DNA of 64,000 nt, taken from positions 58,663-122,662 of the forward strand of contig CAVXBL010000003.1 of assembly GCA_963760155.1 (NCBI GenBank), in the 5' to 3' direction. Numbering within the stretch: position 1 is the first letter of the stretch; each line of letters starts with the position of its first letter. This DNA is from an uncultured Solirubrobacterales bacterium (GTDB lineage Bacteria > Actinomycetota > Thermoleophilia > Solirubrobacterales > Solirubrobacteraceae). Under the pieces are notes generated by a model. It ran no database searches. It was not told where the DNA came from and saw only the letters and a program-made list of their open reading frames with translations. Below, piece after piece: positions 35,855 through 45,928 of the stretch. Made by a program: the position numbers and the translations under genes.

Positions 35855-38404
35855 TCACACAAGCTCAACCCATTGCACCGGGCGTCCGCACAGCGCGCGC
35901 CAACGGCTGACCGGCGCCGAGCGCAAGCTCGGTTGGCCGGCGGGTCCAGCCGGGGTCAGAAAGATTTCCGCCAGCGTCGCCGCACCGCCGTCGCCGGGCG
36001 CGAGACCGACGCCGGGGCGCGTGATCGTCAGCGTGTGCAGCCCGGCGGACAACCTCGCGTGAAGCGGTGTGAGCGTGTTGAGCACGAGCGAGTTGCCGTC
36101 GAGCTGCGCGGCGAGCGAGCCAAGCGAGCGTCCATCGATCGCGACATGCACCACGCGCATGACGTCGCCCTTCAGCCACAGCTGCCAGATCCCGCCGTGA
36201 GGTAGCCGGAAGCCAGCGCGCAGCGTGCCGGCCCGACCCATCACGATCCCCGGCCGCGCGAGGCCCCAGCCCGCCGGACGCTGGGTGCGCACGAGGGGCA
36301 CATTGACCAGCTCGGGGGCGAGCGCGGCGACCAACTGCGTTTGCGCCGGCGCGACAATGTGTCGCTCTGTGCTTGAACGCGCCCCGGGCGCGCCCGCCGC
36401 TCGCGCTGGGCCGGCCGAGCGCGCGCGGGCGGCGACACGGGCGATCTGAGCGCACTGTGCTTGCAACTTGGTGGCTGGCGCAGACACAACCACGTGCGCA
36501 AGCGCCGCGGGCGCGCGCGGTCGCCGGCCCCACACCTGGTAGTAGACCCCTTCCCACAGCAACCGGTAGGCCGCGGGCGGGCGCGCGGCACTGGGATCGC
36601 GGCGCGTGAGGATCAGCGGATAGGCCAGCAGCGCGGATTGGGAGACTCGGTTGAGCTTCAGCGGGTCGCCGTAGCCACCCGCGGCGGGCGCGAGCGCGGG
36701 CGGTGGGTAGACGAAGTCCGGACCGCCCACGTCCATGTCGCGCAGCTCATACAGCGTGTATTCGTCAAAATCGGTGACCAGCGTCGGCCCGCGTCCGGCG
36801 AAGCGCGTGTCGATCCGGGAGAGCTCTTCGTAGCGCGCCGTGGGCGCCAGATTCGAGCTGTGATACAGAAGCGCGTCGGACGCAAACACCCCACCGAGAA
36901 GCAAGCAGGCCACGAGCGGGGCCACGACCCGCAAGCGCGATGCTCTGATCGCCGCGACGCCCGCCCACGCCATCAGCACCACCGCGGGCGATGTCAGCAT
37001 CAGGGTCTTCGCGTTGGCCCAAGTGGTGGCGAACTTGCTGAGCACCAGCCACACGACGATCATCAAAGCGAACCAACCGGCGAGCGCAAACCAGCGAGAA
37101 CGAACAGCATTCCCCAAACCCACAACCGCCGTGGCCAACACCAATGCGATCAGCACAGACGTGAGTGTCAGGGCCACGCCGGTGGGCACGAGCTTGTAGC
37201 TGCCGCCAAGCCACACGCCGAACAGCTGCGACACGCGCAGCGGGGTGTGCAGATTGCCGGAGTTGGCGCTCGACGCGATCGCTTCGACCACGTGCAGCGA
37301 GCCGGCCAGGTCAATCCAGGTGGGCCACGCCGCAACCAACAGCACGAGCGCACCGATCGCCAGCAGGCCGAGCACCCGGCGAACGCTCAGCGCGCCCCGC
37401 GCCAGCTCCCCGGTAGCCACCACGCCGAGCACGAGCGTAGCCGCGAGCGCCCACGCCCCAAACGCAACTCCCAACGCCGACACGCCCGCGGCGATCAGCA
37501 GCGCGAACGGGATCGCGCCGCGCGCGCCCGCATGCAGCCAGCGGCGGTGCGTCACGACCAGCGCGCCCAAACTCAGGATCAGCGGCAGCGAGGCGATCTC
37601 CTTGACGGAGCCGATCAGCTCATACGCGTACACGAGCGCGGGCAGCGTGACGGTCAGCGTCGCCAGCGCCGCCCACGCGCGCGCGAGCCCCACACGCCGC
37701 ACGAGCACCCAGGCAGGCCCGGCGGCCGTGGCAAGCATGAACGCGGTGAACGGCTGAAACGTCCAGATCAGGGGCAGCCGCAGCAACAACGAGCTGCCGC
37801 CGAACAACGTGTCGGCGCCGGAGGGGTAGTTGGAGCCGTAGTAGGCGTGCACAAATGCCCCGTAGGAGTTATGCAGGTCCAGGTGCGAGTAGACCTGACC
37901 GTGGTGGATCAAGTAGTCCGCGCCCAGCATGTGCACCGCGGAGTCGGCCAGCGCCATGTAGGAGGAGAACGTGGGTCGGCCCGCCGCCAGCACCGGCGCG
38001 AGCGCCAGCAGGTAAGCCAGTGGCATGACCGCCAGTTGCCACCCTCCGACACGCAGCACCCGCGCGAGTGTGTGCACGCGTGATCTCTCCGCCGTCGCGC
38101 CCGGCGCGAGCGCCCCCGGTGTGGCCGCAAGCGCCGGCGAGACCCCGCTCACGAACGCACGCACCCTGCCCTGTCCGAGCACAAACCCGGCGAGCGCGAC
38201 CGCTGCGAGCATGTAGGGCGTCGCCGGCGCAAGCGGCGCCGCGTAGGTCGTCAGCTGCGAGATCGCGATCAGCGCGGCGGCGCCGACGGCAGGCAACAGC
38301 GCGCCCGCTAGCCGGCCGCCGCCGGCCCGGTCAACCAGCAGTCCCGCACCCACGCACAGGCACGCGAGCACGACCGGATAGACCAGCGTGGTGAACACGA
38401 ACAT
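35855..38404 (-). CDS. Large polytopic membrane protein (GT-C-like fold possible)
   Basis: About 12-13 hydrophobic segments, a DSAVH loop and a C-terminal extracytoplasmic domain. Confidence 0.7.
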   Translation of the reverse strand: MFVFTTLVYPVVLACLCVGAGLLVDRAGGGRLAGALLPAVGAAALIAISQLTTYAAPLAPATPYMLAAVALAGFVLGQGRVRAFVSGVSPALAATPGALAPGATAERSRVHTLARVLRVGGWQLAVMPLAYLLALAPVLAAGRPTFSSYMALADSAVHMLGADYLIHHGQVYSHLDLHNSYGAFVHAYYGSNYPSGADTLFGGSSLLLRLPLIWTFQPFTAFMLATAAGPAWVLVRRVGLARAWAALATLTVTLPALVYAYELIGSVKEIASLPLILSLGALVVTHRRWLHAGARGAIPFALLIAAGVSALGVAFGAWALAATLVLGVVATGELARGALSVRRVLGLLAIGALVLLVAAWPTWIDLAGSLHVVEAIASSANSGNLHTPLRVSQLFGVWLGGSYKLVPTGVALTLTSVLIALVLATAVVGLGNAVRSRWFALAGWFALMIVVWLVLSKFATTWANAKTLMLTSPAVVLMAWAGVAAIRASRLRVVAPLVACLLLGGVFASDALLYHSSNLAPTARYEELSRIDTRFAGRGPTLVTDFDEYTLYELRDMDVGGPDFVYPPPALAPAAGGYGDPLKLNRVSQSALLAYPLILTRRDPSAARPPAAYRLLWEGVYYQVWGRRPRAPAALAHVVVSAPATKLQAQCAQIARVAARARSAGPARAAGAPGARSSTERHIVAPAQTQLVAALAPELVNVPLVRTQRPAGWGLARPGIVMGRAGTLRAGFRLPHGGIWQLWLKGDVMRVVHVAIDGRSLGSLAAQLDGNSLVLNTLTPLHARLSAGLHTLTITRPGVGLAPGDGGAATLAEIFLTPAGPAGQPSLRSAPVSRWRALCGRPVQWVELV

Positions 38405-38522
38405 CGACGGCGGCCGATCCTATAGCCGCGCCGCCCCCACACGGCGCAGCGGTCCATCAATCGCGCAAACCAGCACTCGAGTGTCCGCGACGCCCGGATC
38501 GGGACGTCGCGGACACCAAAGC

Positions 38523-40178
38523 TCACCCGACGGTGACCGTCTCTGACGTGGTTCTCCGCTTCGAGGAGAACACCAGCGTGTAGCTTCCGGCGGGCACAGT
38601 GCGACGAGCACTCAGCAGCAGGCTGCCTGTGCTCGCTGGACCGTTGACCGTGCCGCTCGCATAGACCACGCCCGCGCGTCTCAGCGTGGCCCTCGAGGCC
38701 GACTGGGCGCCTGTCAGAACGTGCACGAAGCAGGCCTTCTCGTATTTGCCGTGGCGCTGGCGGGGGTGGCATAGGTAGACGGCTGGGAGTCCCTGCGGAC
38801 CACGTTGGCCCCTTGGTCCGGCCGGACCCTTCGCTCCAGCAGGACCCACAGACCCGGACTTGCCTGACGCGCCCGCGACGCCCTGCGCGCCGCTGGTGCC
38901 AGCCGCTCCCGCCGCGCCCTGCGGAAGTGTGCCTCCGGTTCCTGTGAGCGTGATGACCGTCGGTCCGGCGCCGATGTTGCCGGCGATCTGCAACGTCGCC
39001 GTGCGCGTGCCGGTGCCCTGCGGCGCGAAACGCACCGTCAACTGGCAGCTTTCATCGAACGCGATCGGGCTGGAGCAGCTCGAAGAGCCGATCAGGAAGT
39101 CTTCCGGATGATCGGTGGACAGCGCCGGGGAGGAGTCCGCGAACGTCGCCGCCGCGATCTTCAGCGGATCGCCGCCATCGTTGGTGAGCGTGATCGTCTG
39201 AGGCGCGCTCACGGTCGCCAGCGGTTGAGTTTCCGCGAAGGTGATCGTGCTTGTGTTCGGCGTGGCCGTGGCCGGCGTCGCGTAGCTGATCGTCACCGAC
39301 GGTGCCGTCGAGCTGGAGGCCAGCCCAAACGAGACGGACTTGGCGTCTTCCTCGACGAAGCTCGAGCCGCCGCCGCCACCACCGCCGGAGAATGGGCTGC
39401 GCTCACACGCGCCTTCGCCACCTCCGCCGCCCCAGTAGCCGGCGCCGCCGCCACCGCCACCGGTGTTGGACAGGACAACGCTCGCCCCGCCGCCACCACC
39501 CAGCCCAAGCGCGCCATTCCCGCCCGACCAGGCGTTCGGAGCTTCGCATATGGCCGCGCCTAGTCCGCCGCCGGTCAGCGTGCCGGCGCCACCACCGCTG
39601 TTTGACACATTCTCGATCGGGCCACCACCGGCGCCGCCACCGCCGCTTGTGCCGGCGTCGCCGCCCCGGCCACCGCTGCCCTCGTCATAGGCGCCGCCGG
39701 CGCCACCCCCGCCGCCGGCTACCAGCAGGCGAGATTCCAGCGAGCCCGTGGAGGCCGTCGGCACGGTGCGCACATCGGAGGCCCCACCACCTTCGCCACC
39801 ACCCGCACCGGCCTGTCCGCCCTGATTCAGATTGCCCGCGGCAACCTCCACATAGAGCGTCTCTCCAGGCGTCACCGGCAGTGTGCCCGCGACCTCCGCG
39901 CCGACGCCGCCGGGAGACGGAGACAGCTCGTATCCGCTTGACGTAGCGGCGTGTCCCGCGCCGCCGATCACCTGCACCCGAACGCTGGTGACACCCGCGG
40001 GCACCGTGAACAGCTGCTCCGCGCCGGTCGAGGAGAACGCTTCGGTCACAGTGGGCGGCGTGGCGGCCACCGACGTCGCGGCCGCGAGCGCGCTCGCCGC
40101 GAGCAGCACGCCCACGGCGCCGAAGCCCAGCCTCGCGCGACGGTGGGACGCCCTGGACAGACGCGCCGCGCCAGTCAT
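38523..40178 (-). CDS. Secreted glycine-rich protein with Ig-like (ASH-type) domain and collagen-like segment
   Basis: FTVPAGVTSV.V...GG.G, GGASDVR, VAGGGGG, TITLTN.G..PL.I...FAP..TG.RTATL, GxxGxx repeats; start uncertain. Confidence 0.8.
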   Translation of the reverse strand: MTGAARLSRASHRRARLGFGAVGVLLAASALAAATSVAATPPTVTEAFSSTGAEQLFTVPAGVTSVRVQVIGGAGHAATSSGYELSPSPGGVGAEVAGTLPVTPGETLYVEVAAGNLNQGGQAGAGGGEGGGASDVRTVPTASTGSLESRLLVAGGGGGAGGAYDEGSGGRGGDAGTSGGGGAGGGPIENVSNSGGGAGTLTGGGLGAAICEAPNAWSGGNGALGLGGGGGASVVLSNTGGGGGGAGYWGGGGGEGACERSPFSGGGGGGGSSFVEEDAKSVSFGLASSSTAPSVTISYATPATATPNTSTITFAETQPLATVSAPQTITLTNDGGDPLKIAAATFADSSPALSTDHPEDFLIGSSSCSSPIAFDESCQLTVRFAPQGTGTRTATLQIAGNIGAGPTVITLTGTGGTLPQGAAGAAGTSGAQGVAGASGKSGSVGPAGAKGPAGPRGQRGPQGLPAVYLCHPRQRHGKYEKACFVHVLTGAQSASRATLRRAGVVYASGTVNGPASTGSLLLSARRTVPAGSYTLVFSSKRRTTSETVTVG

Positions 40179-40468
40179 CGGCGCGTCCGCCTGAAGAATC
40201 TCGCTCGCGTTAGAGCGACCTGCAGATGTCATCCTCATTGGAATACGGCTCCTGGAGATTGGGGTCATCGGATCGGGCTGTTTGTGAGCCCTCGACCTTT
40301 TCGACAGCCACACACTCCCGCTTGAGAGACGACAACCGCCGCGCACAAGCAGCGGCCGTCTCTGACGACGCGCAAACTCAGACCGTCTTTGAAAGAACGC
40401 CCCGACAGTGAGCGCCGTCTCGATCAAGCCGACAAGCGCCGTCACGCTCGCCTCGAGCAGCCTCCGGC

Positions 40469-40513
40469 AGTGCCCCCGGCTGGATTCGAACCAGCGACCC
40501 TCGGATTAGAAGT
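40469..40513 (-). repeat. 45 bp copy of the tRNA-Arg 3' half (att of island C)
   Basis: 43/45 identity to 44343-44387; the two differences are a compensatory T-stem pair. Confidence 0.92.
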
Positions 40514-40674
40514 AGCCCATTTGCAGGGGTTTTTGGCTTAGATTGGTGGGATTCGGTCGGGCTGGGTGGTGGTGGTCAGATTTGCCGAGTCGGGGACGGG
40601 CTGGGGACAGCGTTCTGAAATACGAGGGTTGAACGAAGCATCGCACGAGATCCACGATCACATCATTGCGTTTG

Positions 40675-41373
40675 TCATTTCCCGCCAGGCAGCTTTCCCG
40701 CGGCTGCTTGCATGCGACCGGCCAAGCCGGAATGAGTAGCTTCTTGATCCTCCTGCGCTTCCTCCTTCTGCTCTACTTTGTTGATCTGCGCACAGAAGGC
40801 AAGCCAGTTTTTCTCCGGATTGGCGCCGGAGTACCGATTCTGGTTCTGTAGTAGATCCCACGCCTCTTGGCGCATTTCCGCCGCGGCGCTCCTCAGCTGG
40901 CTGGCACGCTGCGCAGGCTTGACCCATTGGCTAATACTTTGCAACACGCCGACCGCTAGTCCGAGGAGTATCAGCGGAGCCTTGCCAACGTTCAACGATG
41001 CCGCCAGCGAAGCCCCCACGCCCGCCAAGATTGATGTCAAGTTCAGGAAGGTATCGAGACCTTGATAGAAGCCATCCCTACCCTGATAGCGCCTCAGCGG
41101 CAGCTCGAACCTATGCATGAGAAAGTTCTGTCTGACCTCTAGCGTGTCAAGCGCTTGCTCATCATCGCCAGGCACTAGGTGCGCCAGCTGGTGATCCAAT
41201 AGTCGCGTTAGATCCTCCGCCTCATTGCCCGTGGACTCACGCGCGTCAAGCGCAGCGCGAAGCTGCTCCACTTGCTCAGCAGTTCGACGCGAATCCGAGG
41301 CATCGATCCCGGTTACTTCGATCCCAGTCTGAACGAGTTGATCCGATTGCCCATCGAGTGGCGTTCCATTCAT
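40675..41373 (-). CDS. SLATT/DUF4231-like two-TM protein
   Basis: RY...D.FY..L followed by two TM helices, then KPAQRASQLRSAAAEMRQEAW...RY; lower GC. Confidence 0.65.
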   Translation of the reverse strand: MNGTPLDGQSDQLVQTGIEVTGIDASDSRRTAEQVEQLRAALDARESTGNEAEDLTRLLDHQLAHLVPGDDEQALDTLEVRQNFLMHRFELPLRRYQGRDGFYQGLDTFLNLTSILAGVGASLAASLNVGKAPLILLGLAVGVLQSISQWVKPAQRASQLRSAAAEMRQEAWDLLQNQNRYSGANPEKNWLAFCAQINKVEQKEEAQEDQEATHSGLAGRMQAAAGKLPGGK

Positions 41374-41489
41374 TGCTGCAATTCTATATCTGCGCCAGGC
41401 GGAATAAATTGCAATCGGTAGATTCCGTCAGGTTCGATGAAAGAATCAAATACATTGCGCATTTGCCAAGACCGAGTCATTCGCCGTCC

Positions 41490-41705
41490 TCACGAGCCTG
41501 CCCCTTCCTCTAGCCACCGCTCCAGCATCGCTCGCGTAAAGCGGATATGGCGGCCGAGCCGCAGGCACGGCAGCCTCCCGTCGCGCACGGCTTCGTAGAT
41601 CCAGTTCGTCTTGACCGCGAGCAGGCGGGCCGCCTCGTCGGGGCGTAGCAGCGGGCCGTCGAGCTGCACCGCGCTGGGTTTGGTGGTTGATCGGGTGGTG
41701 TTCAT
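41490..41705 (-). CDS. Excisionase-like HTH (HTH_17)
   Basis: LLRPDEAARLLAVK..WIYEAVRDGRLPCLRLGRHIRF. Confidence 0.88.
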   Translation of the reverse strand: MNTTRSTTKPSAVQLDGPLLRPDEAARLLAVKTNWIYEAVRDGRLPCLRLGRHIRFTRAMLERWLEEGAGS

Positions 41706-42473
41706 ATACCCATAGACCTCGAGCAGGCCAAACCGGCCACGCAATTTCCCGACGGCCACGCCGCGAACGCAACGAGGCACCTCCCCAGCTGACCGTCGGC
41801 GCCAAGCCGCACGCAGCCATCGGGCCTCCAGCTCGCTCGAACGCGCGCACTCGACGCTGCCCACCACGAGGCCCGTCGCACAGCTCGAAACCGCACCGAC
41901 TCCCGTTGCTCCTATGTCAAGGGAAGTCCGCAATTTCCGGACTCGGTGCCACCGGCGAATCGTCGCGTGGATGGTCGCTCGCCAAGACCGCCGGCTGTGC
42001 GGCGCTAGCGATGGCTGGAGGAGCCTGAACCCGTGGAGGGAGATTGCGTTGCCGGTGCCACCGTCGTCTGCTTCGGCTCGTTTGCCACGCCAAAGACGTT
42101 CGTCCACAGTGCACTGAGTCCGCCTGCGGCGATCAGCACAGCGATCGGTGCCCTCCACCCGCGGCGAAACCCCACACTGACCGATCCCGCACACCCAAGC
42201 ACGAGCAGCGTGGCTTTCCGCGATGGCCACGTGGCGCACGAACATCGACGCCGCCAGCGAAGACCCGCGCGAGGAGATCGCCTTCCACAACGGCCTACAG
42301 CAACTCGCCCGCATCATCGATCAGACGCTCAGCGGCGAGCGACGTTTCAACGTAAAGCTGGGCATGCCAGTGGATTGGGGCAAGCGTGCCGTTTAGCGGA
42401 ACGGACGCCTGGCAACCAGGGGCACGATCACAGCACCCAATCGCCGCCAGTCGGCGAGACCTCAGCGTCGCGA

Positions 42474-42752
42474 CTACGCGGCCACGAGCGCCGGGGCGAC
42501 CGCATCCGGGGCGACGCGCATGACCTCGGGCACCGTGATCGTCAGTTCCTCGTCTCGCTCGATCAAGAGCTTGGCGTTGAGGATCGTCACGCCCACCAGG
42601 TTTCCATCGGCGTCGAAGCGCAGGGCGTGGCCCTCCGGAGACTCATCGAAGTCCACCGCCGTCGAGGGGTCGCCCATATGCAGATAGAGCACATCGACAT
42701 CCGCGTCGTAGAACACGTTGTCGAAGACGAAGTGGCCGAGCTTGATGGTCAT
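42474..42752 (-). CDS. DUF2283 family protein (putative antitoxin)
   Basis: YDADVDVLYL...RFDADGNLVGVTILNA; ATGA overlap with the upstream gene. Confidence 0.85.
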   Translation of the reverse strand: MTIKLGHFVFDNVFYDADVDVLYLHMGDPSTAVDFDESPEGHALRFDADGNLVGVTILNAKLLIERDEELTITVPEVMRVAPDAVAPALVAA

Positions 42753-43033
42753 GGCATTGATTTCCTTGCGTACGCCGTGACTATGTAGCCACGTCCCTCA
42801 GCGTAGGCTACGACGACCTTCAGCCAATTGCTAGGGGCATCCGTACTCACGTAGTACCACTCTTCGTTCTCGATGCCTCCCGGCAGCCGCTCGTCTGGGG
42901 CCTCGACAGCCTGAAGAACCTCGTCGTCACGACCGTCGATCTCAGGATGGCGCCCGACAATGTGGCCCCAGCGCTCGTCGGTCAACTCGACGCGTCTCCC
43001 GTCGGGATCGCTGGCCGCGCCACGAACGGTCAT
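42749..43033 (-). CDS. Putative RelE-fold toxin
   Basis: LTDERWGHIVGRHPE....EVLQAVE.P...WLKVVVAY..G.GYIVTAY. Confidence 0.72.
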   Translation of the reverse strand: MTVRGAASDPDGRRVELTDERWGHIVGRHPEIDGRDDEVLQAVEAPDERLPGGIENEEWYYVSTDAPSNWLKVVVAYAEGRGYIVTAYARKSMP

Positions 43034-44198
43034 GCCGTCTCCCCCACCATCCGCTCCGCCTCCGAGCCAAACGCCGCCGACAGCCGCCGCGCCGCATCTG
43101 CCCGTGGCCGGTAGTGCATGTAGATCTGCGTGGTCGAGAAGTCCGAGTGTCCCATCCACTCTTGTAGCTCGCGCGGATCGGCAGTGCGTATAGCGACGCT
43201 GCCAAACGTATGCCGCAAGTCGTGGAAGCGCAGCGGACGCAGCCCGGCCGCGTCACGCGCCTTCTTGTAGCGACGGCGCAAGGCCGACCCGTCCAGGAAC
43301 TCTCCGGTCATGCCAACGAACACAAGATCGTCCGGCGCCCGTCCAGCGCTCCCGCCTGCCAAGACGGACCAGCGCCTGCGCGACCTCATCGACCAGGGGT
43401 ACAGCCCGGCCCAACCCCGACTTCGGCGTGCCAAGCGTTCCGGCCGTGTAGCTCGCCGTGACCCGCATCGTCTGCGTGGCGAAGTCCACATCGCGCCAGC
43501 GAAGCGCCAGCAGCTCCCCCATCCGCAGCCCGGTCATCGCGGCAGTCAGGAACAACGCCCCGTCCTGCTCGTCGCCGCTCGCACGCACGAGCGCGTGGAC
43601 CTCCTCGGGCGAGTAGAACTCGATGTCTGTGCGCTTTGACACCGGCAGCCGCTCGATGTCCGCCACCGGATTCTGCGGCAGCTTCCACACCTTGCGCGCG
43701 CGCCGAAAGATGCCGTTCAGCAAGACCACCATCTTCTGCAAACTACGCCGCGACAGCTCGCCCTCGCGCAATTGCGCGGCCAGCCACCGTTCGATCGTCT
43801 CCCCCGTGATCCGCTCAAGCGGCTGATCCCCGAACGCCGGCAAGAAAGTGCGCGCGCACGACCGAGCGATAGTCGGCAAGCGTGGACGGCTTGCGCCCGC
43901 GCTCCTGCTCGACGTAGCGCAGCCACTCGGCGGCGGCATCGGCAAACGTCGCGCCCGTGCGCACCATCCCCGGCAGCGTGCCCTTGTGCGCCTGGACGAG
44001 CACGTCACGCAGCCACGCCTCGGCGGTTCGCTTCGTGAAGTAGCCGTGAGCCGGACGCCCGCGCTGTGTCCAAGCAGGCCCAAGCGCCTTCTGCACCTGG
44101 CGCCCGTCGGGCAGCCGGTACTTGGCATACCAGCGCGGCCCGCGCTTGCCCTGCACGCGGAAAACGTGCCCACTTAGTGGCTTGACGTTTGTCTCCAT
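43030..44198 (-). pseudogene. Tyrosine integrase with two frameshifts
   Basis: RWYAKYR..., TGLRMGELLALRWRDVD, PKSG, FHDLRHTFGS and MGHSDFSTTQIY spread over three frames (shifts at about 43846 and 43336). Confidence 0.88.
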
Positions 44199-44344
44199 CT
44201 ACACCTACTGACCGCCAACAGGCCAAACCGGCCCTCGGATTTGTCTCCGCACGCTAGCAGAGCATCGGGACAGATTTGGGACAAAATTGGCCTTTGTCCC
44301 AATCGCCACTAAATCGACTTGGCTTAGATAGAGAAGATCAAGAG

Positions 44345-44418
44345 TGCCCCCGGCAGGATTCGAACCTGCGACCCTCGGATTAGAAGTCCGACGCTCTATC
44401 CAGCTGAGCTACGGGGGC
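44345..44418 (-). tRNA. tRNA-Arg (TCT)
   Basis: GCCCCCG/CGGGGGC acceptor stem, TCGGA-CTTCTAA-TCCGA anticodon arm, GGTTCGAATCC. Confidence 0.96.
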
Positions 44419-44548
44419 TTGTCTGCATCTACGGTACGCCACCGGCGGTCTTCGCAGGGGCGCTGCGAGCGGTTTCCGGCGAGCACCGACGGCGAGCAGC
44501 GCGCAGTCCTTAAGCAATCTTGAAGCGAAGTGTGCAAAAGTTGCATCC

Positions 44549-45379
44549 ATGAGCCCGGTGAACGATCCCGAGTCCGACCTGACGCGCAAGGAGCGCCGCG
44601 AGCAGGCGCGCGCGCAACGCAAGGCGATCGAGGAAGCCGAAGCCGGCCAAGTTGCCCAGCGCAAGCGGTTGATCCAGCTCGGGGGAGTCGCCGGGGTAGT
44701 CGTGGTGATTATCGCGATCATCCTCGTTGCCACCGGCAGTGGCGGCTCGAAAGGTGCACCCGCGCCCAAAAGCGCGGCGGCCAACTCGGCGCTGGCGACC
44801 GTCACGACGATGCTGCAGGGCATTCCCCAGCAAGCCAACTCGCTCGGCAATCCAAACGCGCCCGTCACGATGCAGTACTTCGGGGATCTGGAGTGCCCCT
44901 TCTGCAAGCAGTTCACGGTCACCACGCTGCCCACGATCATCCAGAAGTACGTGCGCACAGGCAAGCTGAGGCTCGAATACCGCTCGATGGAGACCGCCAC
45001 ACGCGAACAGGAAGTCTTCCGCACCCAGCAGATCGCGGCGCTTGCCGCCGGCAAACAGAACCTGATGTGGTACTACGTCGAGCTCTTCTACCACGAGCAG
45101 GGAGAAGAGGACAGCGGCTACGTCACCGAAAGCTACCTGCAGGGGTTGGCGGCGCAAGTACCGGGCTTGAATCTGTCTGCGTGGAGCGAAGCGCGCAACG
45201 ATCCCGCCTATGCCAACCAGGTCATAAGCGACGCGCAGGCTGTCAACCAGAATGGCTTTACGGGCACCCCGTCGTTCCTGCTCGGCAAGACCGGCGGCAC
45301 GCTGCAGAAGTTCGAATCCTCATCGCTGACCGAACCTGGCCCGTTCGAAACGGCGATCGAAAAGCAGCTGAAAGCCTGA
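44549..45379 (+). CDS. DsbA-family thioredoxin-fold protein, membrane anchored
   Basis: TM helix, LGNPNAPVT...GDLECPFC and GFTGTPSF. Confidence 0.9.
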   Translation: MSPVNDPESDLTRKERREQARAQRKAIEEAEAGQVAQRKRLIQLGGVAGVVVVIIAIILVATGSGGSKGAPAPKSAAANSALATVTTMLQGIPQQANSLGNPNAPVTMQYFGDLECPFCKQFTVTTLPTIIQKYVRTGKLRLEYRSMETATREQEVFRTQQIAALAAGKQNLMWYYVELFYHEQGEEDSGYVTESYLQGLAAQVPGLNLSAWSEARNDPAYANQVISDAQAVNQNGFTGTPSFLLGKTGGTLQKFESSSLTEPGPFETAIEKQLKA

Positions 45380-45390
45380 GCGTCGGCGCG

Positions 45391-45870
45391 ATGAGCTCGC
45401 GTGCCCTGCGAACCACGATGATCGTGCTGACGGTGATCGGGCTGGGCATCGCGAGCTATGTGACCTACGTCCACTACGCCGGCATCAAGCCGGCGTGCAC
45501 CGCGGGCGAAAGCTGCACGAAGGTCCAGACGTCGGTCTACTCCGAGCTCGTCGGCGTACCGGTGGCTCTGATGGGACTGATCGGCTACATCGCGATCCTC
45601 AGCTCGTTGCTGGTCCCCGAAAGCGAGACGAGTCGCTTCGCGACGCTGGTGTTCACGCTCGCCGGCTTCGGTTTCTCGGCGTATCTGACCTATCGCGAGC
45701 TGTTCTCGATCCACGCGATCTGCGAGTGGTGCGTGACAAGCGCGGTGGTCATGACAATCCTCATGCTGCTATCGGTGTGGCGCTTCTTGAGAGGTGGGCA
45801 ATCAGCCTATGAATCACCACGATCCGGACCTCTGGAGAGTCAGCCGGCGGCGCAGGTGAGCCCCAACTAG
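45391..45870 (+). CDS. Vitamin K epoxide reductase (VKOR) family protein
   Basis: C..GESC.KVQTS.YSEL.GVPVA and ICEWC. Confidence 0.92.
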   Translation: MSSRALRTTMIVLTVIGLGIASYVTYVHYAGIKPACTAGESCTKVQTSVYSELVGVPVALMGLIGYIAILSSLLVPESETSRFATLVFTLAGFGFSAYLTYRELFSIHAICEWCVTSAVVMTILMLLSVWRFLRGGQSAYESPRSGPLESQPAAQVSPN

Positions 45871-45928
45871 ACAATCCGTCAGCGCGGCTGAACCTGCAGG
45901 CGCCGCGGGTTGTAGGCTCGCTTGCACG

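Larger units (their letters stand above)
40469..44387. mobile_element. ~3.9 kb integrative element (island C) at tRNA-Arg
   Basis: att repeats, frameshifted integrase, xis-like HTH, TA pair and SLATT-like gene. Confidence 0.88.

Noticed and set aside
38780-39960. GGC/GCC-rich repeats as a non-coding repeat element
   Set aside because: Explained by Gly-rich and collagen-like coding sequence
41900-42473. Additional genes in island C between xis and DUF2283
   Set aside because: Only short or conflicting ORFs; possibly a degraded membrane protein, but not supportable
44530-45870. 446 aa ORF as a DsbA-VKOR fusion
   Set aside because: DsbA is in a different frame (44549-45379); only the last 159 aa (from 45391) are VKOR
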